From sequence record NC_023688.1: 64,000 nucleotides of DNA; one strand, written 5' to 3'. A program made the position numbers and the translations under genes. The notes under the pieces are model-generated. The model had not been told where the DNA came from. It did not search any database and saw nothing but the letters and a program-made list of their open reading frames with translations. This document shows, one piece after another, positions 32,683 through 40,680 of this stretch (the stretch's first letter is position 1; every line of letters starts with the position of its first letter).

Positions 32683-32774
32683 TGGTGGATGCGGTAGGAT
32701 TCGAACCTACAACGTTTACCCTGTGGGGCCAGATTTACAGTCTGGTGCAATACCACCGTCATTGCAGCACATCC
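32683..32774 (-). tRNA. tRNA-Tyr(GUA)
   Basis: CCAGA CT GTA AA TCTGG, long V arm, CCA. Confidence 0.95.
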
Positions 32775-32799
32775 ATTATTCTTTATTTAGTACGCTAAG

Positions 32800-32873
32800 A
32801 AGCGAGTACCTGATTCGAACAGGTGATCTCTGGGATATGAGCCCAGCGAGGACGGCCTCTCCTCCAACTCGCA
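32800..32873 (-). tRNA. Initiator-type tRNA-fMet(CAU)
   Basis: CTGGG CT CAT AT CCCAG (three G-C pairs); unpaired 1:72; no CCA. Confidence 0.85.
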
Positions 32874-32893
32874 TCTTAGCGCACTAATCAATT

Positions 32894-32969
32894 TGGTTCT
32901 CCGTATGGAATTCGAATCCATGTTACCGCCGTGAAAGGGCAGTGTCCTAGTCCACTAGACGAACGGAGA
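32894..32969 (-). tRNA. tRNA-Glu(UUC)
   Basis: CTGCC CT TTC AC GGCGG, CCA. Confidence 0.93.
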
Positions 32970-33248
32970 TCTGTCAGTAAGCGAAACTAAACAATCGTCT
33001 TTGTTTTGCTTTTAAGTCTTCTTCGACAACAGAGACATTATCGCATGTTTCCGCAGTAGAGTAAACATCTTTTTGTTTTTCTTTTTCAGCGGCTTCCGCT
33101 GCTTTCTTTCTAGCAAGTGGGCCAACGTTTTTCCACAAAGGCGCGTTGTACCATGCTGCACTACATTGATTGCCAGAGCCACGATTGGCGCGAGCGTCTA
33201 AATCATTACTCATTATAAACTCCTTTAATAGCAAGTCTATTTAGTACC

Positions 33249-33381
33249 AAATTTAAATGCACTGTCTAGATCCCCGCAGGTGGTTCCCACCTACTAGCCT
33301 TTGTTCGCACAAGCTTGCGGCTCTTAGCTACATACGAGGGCTTATCTCGTCACATTTAGGTTAGGGCAATGCACTTAAATT
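33249..33381 (-). ncRNA. Candidate structured ncRNA (about 130 nt)
   Basis: Terminal helix AAATTTAAGTGCA/TGCATTTAAATTT enclosing several hairpins; no ORF. Confidence 0.5.
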
Positions 33382-33455
33382 TGGTGGAGACGACGGGATT
33401 TCCGCCCGTATCTCAGATCCCAGTGACCTGCGATTATGAAGTTATCTACGTCCCC
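33382..33455 (-). ncRNA. Non-canonical cloverleaf with Ala identity (G3.U70, A73, CCA)
   Basis: GGGGACG/CGTCTCC-A-CCA; CAGGT CACTGGG ATCTG; T-like arm ACGGG CGGAAAT CCCGT; lacks U33, G18G19 and TTC. Confidence 0.65.
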
Positions 33456-33502
33456 GAGAAGGCTTAAACGTAACGAGTCAGAGGTTTAAGCGCGATTGAA
33501 TT

Positions 33503-33577
33503 TGGTGGTGCATAGTAGATTTGAACTACTGACCGACGGCGTATGAAACCGCAGCTCTACCACTGAGCTAATGCACC
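33503..33577 (-). tRNA. tRNA-Met(CAU), elongator type
   Basis: GCGGT TT CAT AC GCCGT, CCA. Confidence 0.88.
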
Positions 33578-33769
33578 AGACGGTATCAAGAGTCGATACC
33601 GAGGCAATAATATTGATTGAACTTATACTACCGCTATATAGGCCGCAGTATAAGAAGCGCGTTGGTGTCAATAGTAACGTTTAAGTTATTCGCCACACAC
33701 AACAATCACCGCTTTTTATAGCCTATCGCCACGCAATAAGTATATAGCCTATTGCTTGACTCGACTATT

Positions 33770-33845
33770 TGGTCCGCCGTGGTGGGTATGATCCACCAAC
33801 CTATCGGTTAAAAGCCGATTGCTCTACCAGTTGAGCTAACGGCGG
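33770..33845 (-). tRNA. tRNA-Lys(UUU) with atypical T loop
   Basis: ATCGG CT TTT AA CCGAT; T loop ATCATAC; CCA. Confidence 0.9.
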
Positions 33846-33853
33846 TTTGTTCT

Positions 33854-33924
33854 CAGGGGCGGTAGGAGTCGAACCCACCTCAACGGATTTGGAATCCGCC
33901 GCATAACCGATTTGCTACGCCCCT
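33854..33924 (-). tRNA. tRNA-Trp(CCA)
   Basis: GCGGA TT CCA AA TCCGT; no encoded CCA end. Confidence 0.9.
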
Positions 33925-34740
33925 ATATTCTTACCAGCTATCAAAATCCGTAATAGGAACGCTCTTTGCTCCATCTTTGACAGCTTTAGCACTAACTACA
34001 GTACCGATTGAGCCGCTTTGATATTCAACATCAATCAAGTTCGTTTCGTGCATCTGCATGAGTTCCATCATACGCTGAATCTCAAGCTTTGTAAACCTTA
34101 CTTTATTCATTTTTCACCTACAGAATAGGAGCTTCGATTGTGACATCAAGAACGGAATAATACGTGCCGTAATCCGAACTTTTATCGTTGTAATGTGCGC
34201 GAACTTTACAATCGGCATCATCCACATCTTCCGCTTCTACCAACTTAATGGTATCGAATGACTTAGATGATCCCATGTATTCGCTTTTCATATAACGTAT
34301 CTTAGCAAGAAACAACATCGGTGTCAACCCTTAGCGTATAGATTTTCGAAGTATGTTCAGACATAGGCTGAACACCGCAAATTTCATCAGCAATCAGCTT
34401 TGGAGCGAGTCTAGGACTAACAGAAAGTCTATTGAAGATCACTTGATTTCCTTTATCCCAATACTGTTGTCTTTTAATCGCCGAAATCTGCTTAGACTTG
34501 ATTTCCGTCTCTTCTGCTTTCAGAAGTTCGAATTCCAAATCATCGCTATAGACAACACCATACGCGATTACGCTATCAAAGTCAATAGGACATTCAGGCG
34601 TTTCTGTATATCTAATGATCTGCCTCAGTGTTCGAACATCATCTTGAAACCAACCGCAGTTGATAAAGCAGTGTCCAACACAATCGCCGTTCTTCATGAA
34701 CAGCGCCCAACTAGGTGCGCTCATAACTTATTTCTCAATT

Positions 34741-34815
34741 TGGAGCACAGGATCTGGATCGAACAGACGATAAAGTGATTTGCAATCACTTGCCTTACCT
34801 CTTGGCTACCTGCGC
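34741..34815 (-). tRNA. tRNA-Cys(GCA)
   Basis: AGTGA TT GCA AA TCACT, U73-CCA. Confidence 0.95.
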
Positions 34816-34824
34816 ATGTTAAAT

Positions 34825-34898
34825 TGGAGCCTCATTCGGGAATCGAACCCGACACTACGACTTGGAAGGACGGTATGTGACCACTACACCAATGAGGC
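34825..34898 (-). tRNA. tRNA-Gly(UCC)
   Basis: CT TCC AA loop (anticodon stem with two mismatches), U73-CCA. Confidence 0.85.
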
Positions 34899-34967
34899 AC
34901 TTCGAGTAGTCGAGCCGACTTATCCGTATTCTTTCAACGGTGAGCTGATAGCTACTCTAAAAATTTG

Positions 34968-35041
34968 TGGAGGTTAAGGGGCTCGAACCCTTGACCTACT
35001 GGTTGCAAACCAGTCGCTCGTTCCAACTGAGCTAAACCCCC
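34968..35041 (-). tRNA. tRNA-Ala(UGC)
   Basis: ACTGG TT TGC AA CCAGT; G3.U70. Confidence 0.93.
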
Positions 35042-35079
35042 AAATTCTAATAGATACTCGCAAGTATACATTAGAATAG

Positions 35080-35202
35080 GCACTTTATGCAAGTACCTAC
35101 GCAAGTCTTCGGATTCACATACGGGAGTGGTGACTAACCCACGTTACTTTTACCTGCTGTTCCCTCTCAGCCGCACATCCAACTACCGAAGTAAAGGAGT
35201 GC
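35080..35202 (-). ncRNA. Candidate structured ncRNA with CUGAGA and ACAGCAG loops
   Basis: GCAC..TTTA/TAAAGTGC, CTTCGG/CCGAAG, GGGA/TCCC and GTGG/CCAC stems; no ORF. Confidence 0.5.
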
Positions 35203-35316
35203 TATCTTTTAATAGTAGATTTGAAGTTTTGTATTGGTTGCAGAAGTGAATCCATGCATTTTCAAAGAACATTGAACTACTGTCGGGTAAGTTCATTTTT
35301 CCTACTAGGTAGAAAC

Positions 35317-35393
35317 TGGCAGTGACGACGGGGCTCGAACCCGCGCTCTCCGACGTGACAGGCCGGAATTTTAACCAACTAAACTACGTCACT
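35317..35393 (-). tRNA. tRNA-Asp(GUC)
   Basis: CCGGC CT GTC AC GTCGG, G73-CCA. Confidence 0.95.
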
Positions 35394-35399
35394 AGAAAC

Positions 35400-35474
35400 T
35401 GGTAGCCATGGGCAGGATTGAACTGCCGACCCCACCCTTATCAGGGGTGTGCTCTACCACTGAGCTACATGGCT
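35400..35474 (-). tRNA. tRNA-Ile(GAU)
   Basis: CACCC CT GAT AA GGGTG, CCA. Confidence 0.95.
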
Positions 35475-35481
35475 ATAAACT

Positions 35482-35588
35482 GGAAGACTTTTAACTGCCA
35501 CCTGGACTCTTGTGCTAGAGAGTTGAGGAATCGAACCTCACTGTTTTCTTGTTAATAGAAAAATTCGAATGGTTTGCTGAAATCTTCC
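35482..35588 (-). ncRNA. YrlA-like (Y RNA-like) permuted tRNA mimic with CAGCAA motif
   Basis: GGAAGATTT/AAAGTCTTCC terminal stem, then CAGCAA, T arm TGAGG TTCGATT CCTCA, closed acceptor-like ACTCT..AGAGT, and D-like loop CCAGGTGGCAG. Confidence 0.68.
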
Positions 35589-35611
35589 GTAGCACGGTAA
35601 ATTGTTATTTG

Positions 35612-35692
35612 CGGAGACGGCTGGACTCGAACCAGCATAGAGTTAACCTCACGGATTAACAGTCCGTCGCTCAACCTTTGAGCCACGTCTCC
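35612..35692 (-). tRNA. tRNA-Asn(GUU) with an atypical long variable arm
   Basis: ACGGA CT GTT AA TCCGT; V arm GAG-GTTAA-CTC; no CCA. Confidence 0.88.
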
Positions 35693-35718
35693 CAAATAAC
35701 AACTTGCAAATAAGAAAC

Positions 35719-35781
35719 AGAGTGAACTTTATAGGCTATTTCAAAATAATGGCTTTTTAAGTTGGTTGCTGAAATCACTCT
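35719..35781 (-). ncRNA. Short stem-CAGCAA RNA (element B)
   Basis: AGAGTGA-TTTCAGCAA...TCACTCT; own TTTACA-17-TATAGT promoter. Confidence 0.62.
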
Positions 35782-35793
35782 TTATCTTTGTTT

Positions 35794-36009
35794 ACTATAC
35801 ACTACTATTTAGTGATTGTAAAACAAAGACTTCTTAAATCTTTACTCTAACAGGCTCACTTTTGTTTTTCATCCGCAGAAAAGTTTTGATTGCTGAATGG
35901 AGCCTTATAAAGATTGTATCACGGTTTATCAACGCTGTAAACTATCTTTTATTTATGCTCTACTTTAAGAGCATGTGATAATGATAGCACAGTGTTTTAA
36001 TAGAGTAAA
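35794..36009 (-). promoter_or_regulatory. Three tandem sigma70-type promoters
   Basis: -35/-10 at 35822-17/35799-94 (TTTACA/TATAGT), 35941-36/35918-13 (TTTACA/TACAAT) and 36009-04/35986-81 (TTTACT/TATCAT); all have 17-bp spacers. Confidence 0.75.
35852..35905 (-). ncRNA. Short stem-CAGCAA RNA (element C)
   Basis: AGGCTC-CATTCAGCAA...GAGCCT; own TTTACA-17-TACAAT promoter. Confidence 0.62.
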
Positions 36010-36277
36010 CAATCTTTTTCTCGATATCCCCACATTGTTTCATGCTACTGCCGGTTGAGTCCGAAGACCGAATAAGGGTTCACTTCCACGTTAGGTTTAC
36101 GGCATACCGAGAAAAAGACAGTCCGCATCACAGTGTTAGCGCAAGGGGTTCCACTGTCACTAAGTTATTTAGTGTCTACTGTCAACCAGCTAGGTGGGCG
36201 CTGGTCCCGTCCATACGAGCATGATGCCACCAATACATGCTCGGAAAGATCTTACGGTTTCTCGAATCTCGAAATCT

Positions 36278-38627
36278 TTACTTGTCGTAATAATATGGCT
36301 TGCATTGACCTTCGAACTTGGTTTGACCACCGAAGAATCCAACGCGATTCTCGCCATATGTATCTTGTGCATTTTCTTCCGCGACTTTCAGCGCGGCTCT
36401 GCACTCTGCTTCGGTGTCGAACTTCTCAATTGCATGACTATGTGAGCCATAATTGGTACCAAAGTTAACGAACAACGAAGTAATCAACAAGAACTTAATC
36501 ATACTACACCTTTATTTAGTAGTAAACATTTAACGAGTTTCGCAGGAATACACTTCTTTCACGCGAGTTACAGAACGTTTGGTAACGTTAATGGAGCTAC
36601 CCTGATACCAGCGAGACTCAGAGTCCAACACTTTATCAACAATCGCCTCAGACTTAGGCAGAATCGCGGCAGTTTTCATTCTTCAATCTCCACAACTCGA
36701 TTTGTTTTTACAAGATGATCCCACAGCTTTTGATAAGGGATTGAATAATCTTCCTTTTCGTTGCAGCAAGAACAACCTTGTTCATAGTAAACGGTGATCC
36801 AGTTCATGTCAAGCTTGTATCCGTATCCGTAGAAGTGACGACTGCCATGATTTGGTTTGCCCAGCTCATAATTTACGACCTCTTCCAATGCGGTATCAAT
36901 ACCGTCGGAGTCGATAAAGTCTTCCGGTGCGTCTTGCTTACGCAAAGCGTCCATAAAGTCAAACAGATTATCAATTTTCATTTTCATTTCCTCATTAGCC
37001 ATAGTAATACGTTATCGCATTAATATGGCGGCTCTTTCGAGCCACCTCTTAGAAATCAGGTCATTCGTCTTTCACGATTAGACCTCCTTGAACTCCACGA
37101 TATTTGAAATCTCGTTGAACTCACCGTATTTCCTCATTGACGGAACAAGATTACCGTTCTCGTCATGAATCAGATCCGGGTTTTCTTTCCACTTATTAGC
37201 TGATACGTATTCTGACACAGCATCCGCATTCAAGTCAACAACTAATTTCGGATGAATTTTCAGCGGGTATTCGCGAGACTGATCATTCTCAGCACCAGCT
37301 ACCACGATTCGAGTCATCAGATCGGCGTGATAAAGATGATCATTGTCCTGACTGCCGTATTGCTGCGGGTTAAACTCGATGTTAAGTTCACACAACATGC
37401 TAACAAACTTACGAAGTCCGATATGCAGCTCTGCATTAGCGGCAGTGAATTTAATAACACGATTTGTCAAATTGTTTTTAGAGTAAGGACCCATTCCAAT
37501 GTTGATAACACTATCGTATTCCCAAGAGAAACCCATACTGAGATATTCATTACACAGATCATTTGTCAGTTCAGCACGAATGATTTCAGGCGCTTTCTCG
37601 ATTTCTTCCATTCTCAACTGTAATTCTTCTTTAGTCAAGCGTTTTTTATCTGGATCTCGAATTTCAAGCTTGGCGAAGACTTCACGAATCTTTTTGTGAG
37701 ACTCGATAGCGTAATCTTTGTTCCAAGATTGTTCCAATGTGCGGTCGTACTCCGCTACCATCAGATCATAGACTTTGCGCTTGATTACCATGAACATGAC
37801 TGGCGATTTCTTTGAACCCATAAACGAGGAAGCCGGTTGAATAAACAATTGTTCCCCGTGCATTAAGTCCTGATAAATCAGCTTGTTCGGATCAAACAGA
37901 TCATCAATGTTGATCTTGCGATCTTCGTCACAAACGATATGCGTCTTTACCATGTCTTGAAACGCTTGATATGCGTCGTTGTCTTCGATATCGAAGTTGC
38001 CATAGTCATCATAAGTCGCATACAGTGGAAGATGCATGGCAAGCTGGTATCGATCCCAGTTATAGCAACCCGGAGCGGCTGGAATTGTTTCGCCGTGACA
38101 GACAAGCGCGAGTAAAACAACCGGCTCACCACAAGTCACGATATGACGACTGACACCACAAATAGTATTGAAAGAACCCACGATATTTTCCCTTTGATAA
38201 GTTACAAAAAAGCCCCAGTTAAGGGGCTTCCAAATTGTTAAGCAATAGCTTCCAGAACAGCGTCGATGGATTCTTCAATCATCAGACGGGTCGGACGCTC
38301 GAACTCAGCGACGCGAATACTCAGCATAACTTCGCCTTGCACGTTTTCATGCAGACCGACGATCTTTTCGGCATTCACAACGAACTTGGCGACACCGCGA
38401 CTTTCGACCGGAGTAACAACAGTTCGTTTGATAAAGCAGTCTTTCAGCTTGAGTGCCAGATCTTCGAACTTCTCGGCAACTTGATAAACAGTCGGCAGTT
38501 GACCTTCAACTTTAACAGTGATCAGAGTCTGACCGCCGTGAGTTTTAACCAGACCAACTACTTTTTCGGAGTTGACTACGAAACGAGTGATGTTACCAGC
38601 AACCGGAGATACGATAAAACGAGACAT
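36278..38627 (-). other. Hypothetical ORFs (74-367 aa) within the tRNA region
   Basis: Minus-strand ORFs 36278-36502, 36676-37002, 37078-38181 and 38238-38627; the last has two tandem similar halves. Confidence 0.6.
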
Positions 38628-38894
38628 TATAATTCCTTAAACAGTTATAGAAAATACGTGTTGGCCATTCTGAATGATTCCAACGTTGTTGTCAACGAAA
38701 ACTTTAAAATTCATTTCCTTTGACATTTCGATGTGAGCGTTCGCAGCTTCTAGCGCGACTACACTCGGGTATTCATGTCTTTCACCAGCGAAGATACAGA
38801 TGCCGTTTAGACCGTAAACACGTCCACTAAAGCTTCCGTCTTCATCTTGGTCTAGTATACAGATCAATTTCAACGTGTCAATCTCTTTTTTGTT

Positions 38895-38979
38895 TGGTGC
38901 GGATAGTGGGACTCGAACCCACACGCCCGAAGACTTGGGATTTTAAATCCCCTGCGGCTACCGATTACGCCATATCCGC
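38895..38979 (-). tRNA. tRNA-Leu(UAA)
   Basis: GGGGA TT TAA AA TCCCA, long V arm, CCA. Confidence 0.93.
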
Positions 38980-38987
38980 GAAATTCG

Positions 38988-39069
38988 TGGGAGATACCGG
39001 ACTCGAACCGGTACGTCAGAAGACGGTAGATTTTGAATCCACTGCGGCTACCAATTACACCAATCTCCC
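38988..39069 (-). tRNA. tRNA-Leu(CAA)
   Basis: GTGGA TT CAA AA TCTAC, long V arm. Confidence 0.93.
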
Positions 39070-39161
39070 AAAATAATGCGCGTCCGGAACTCTCTTGTAT
39101 AAAATTGGACTTTATGAGTGTCAGTTCCGACGCGACTTTTTCTGTTGTGTAAAACACATTG

Positions 39162-39261
39162 TCGAGGCGACTGGATTCGAACCAGCGACCGAGTGCTTCT
39201 TATGTGCTCTCGTAAAAGTTCATAAGAAGGCACTTGCTCTATCCGTCTGAGCTACGCCCCG
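39162..39261 (-). tRNA. tRNA-Arg(UCU) with a 26-nt insert between positions 36 and 37
   Basis: AGTGC CT TCT [TATGAACTTTTACGAGAGCACATAAG] AA GCACT; acceptor, D and T arms canonical. Confidence 0.82.
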
Positions 39262-39286
39262 GCAATGTGTTCTTGAATGACTGGAA

Positions 39287-39784
39287 TCAAGGACTCCAGT
39301 CAAAATTTAAATCTTCTGTATACTCTTCAAGTATACGCAAGTTGTAATCGATTGTAAACGACTTTGGCAAAACAAAATCAGGGCCAACATCATAACTAGC
39401 GGTAATGTGTGGATGATAATCAGGATAATCATGAGTTGCCCCATGTTTCTCTCTGATCTCTTTGTGTCTAGCGCCAAACCAAGGGTCTGTGAGCTTTAGC
39501 ACAAGAGCACGTTTGCCGCTTTGTGTTTCGAAGATATCAGGAATCATGACACCTTGCAACGTTTTTTCCATAGTACCATACGCTTTGAAATCAGGCAAGT
39601 ATTTTCTGGAGTAAACCAACGTGGTGTGCATCTTATCATAGGGTACCAGATTAGGGATACCCATTTCGCGACATCTTCTAACAATAGCCATAGCAGTGCG
39701 AGGCTTGTAACGAACTGCTACATAAGTGCCTCGCGTTTCTTTTTGCTCCGTCGTCTCAGTGAATTCTGAAAACGACAGCATCAT
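39287..39784 (-). CDS. 57B: gp57B / Acb1-like 2H phosphoesterase
   Basis: Two HxT motifs (MHTTLVYSR, HPHITASY) and ATHDYPDY; synteny with 57A and 1. Confidence 0.9.
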   Translation of the reverse strand: MMLSFSEFTETTEQKETRGTYVAVRYKPRTAMAIVRRCREMGIPNLVPYDKMHTTLVYSRKYLPDFKAYGTMEKTLQGVMIPDIFETQSGKRALVLKLTDPWFGARHKEIREKHGATHDYPDYHPHITASYDVGPDFVLPKSFTIDYNLRILEEYTEDLNFDWSP

Positions 39785-39785
39785 A

Positions 39786-40019
39786 TTACTCGCTTACCAG
39801 CTCGCCGTCAACTGCTTTCGGAGCTTTCAGCTCTGCAATCTTAGCCAGATATGCTTCCGGTTGAGTTGCAGCTTCGCCTTCCAGTCCCAGCTCTTTAGCC
39901 AGTTGAGCGAAGAAACCTTGATAAAACTCAGATTCTTGAGTGCGAGCTTCTTGAGCATCAAACAGACGAACTTTCAGACTGTTCAGTTGTGCTTGCAGTT
40001 GTTGAACTTGTTCTTGCAT
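39786..40019 (-). CDS. 57A: gp57A tail-fibre chaperone
   Basis: LKVRLFDAQE coiled coil; position between 1 and 57B. Confidence 0.8.
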   Translation of the reverse strand: MQEQVQQLQAQLNSLKVRLFDAQEARTQESEFYQGFFAQLAKELGLEGEAATQPEAYLAKIAELKAPKAVDGELVSE

Positions 40020-40672
40020 TTCAATTCCTTATATGTAGTTAAGACTTTCTCACAAAATGACGTCAAATCGGCATCATTGTGAATGATTGGTTCATGTTCT
40101 AACGGATCTAATCCCCGTTCTGTAATGTGATTATCACACAGTTTTGTGTCGCGATAAACAAACATCATACTCCCGTTATTGCGTATGAACTCAATTTCAT
40201 GAGTCTGACGAACATCAGGAATAATTATATCTTTATTTAGTGACTCTTTCATTAGCGGTATAAGCCAGTAATTAGTCTTGACTTGTACCATGATATCGGT
40301 GCCTAGAGTCTGCATCATCTGACGAATGGTCCAAGGCTCGTTATAATCGAGTTTCTCCGCGATCTCACAAGCTTTATACCAGTCTTCGATTTCCATTCTG
40401 TTATATGACAGATGCAAATATCTGAGACAATCAAGCATCATACCGAAATCAATAGTAAACAAATCAGTGTCTCGATTGACATTAGTTTTTCCATCGAAAT
40501 CATCGAATGTAAGACCGATTGTTCTACCGATGCCAAAATTCAATGCGAGCTTAATAGGAAACGCCAGAGAATAAATCTCTGCATTGCCACCAATATCAAC
40601 TTCGTAATTTCTAACAAAACGAGCGGCAGTATCTTTGCCGCTCCGTTTCTTACCGTGTATTCCAAGAAGCAT
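39983..40672 (-). CDS. 1: dNMP kinase
   Basis: GIHGKKRSGKDTAA, RQMMQTLGTDI and IIPDVRQTHE motifs. Confidence 0.92.
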   Translation of the reverse strand: MLLGIHGKKRSGKDTAARFVRNYEVDIGGNAEIYSLAFPIKLALNFGIGRTIGLTFDDFDGKTNVNRDTDLFTIDFGMMLDCLRYLHLSYNRMEIEDWYKACEIAEKLDYNEPWTIRQMMQTLGTDIMVQVKTNYWLIPLMKESLNKDIIIPDVRQTHEIEFIRNNGSMMFVYRDTKLCDNHITERGLDPLEHEPIIHNDADLTSFCEKVLTTYKELKCKNKFNNCKHN

Positions 40673-40680
40673 TATAAGCC

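Noticed and set aside
33382-33455. tmRNA
   Set aside because: Despite the Ala-type ends it is only 74 nt, with no tag ORF or pseudoknots.
33580-33770. Hairpin-rich spacer between tRNA-Met and tRNA-Lys
   Set aside because: Some hairpins are present, but no coherent fold or recurring motif could be supported by eye.
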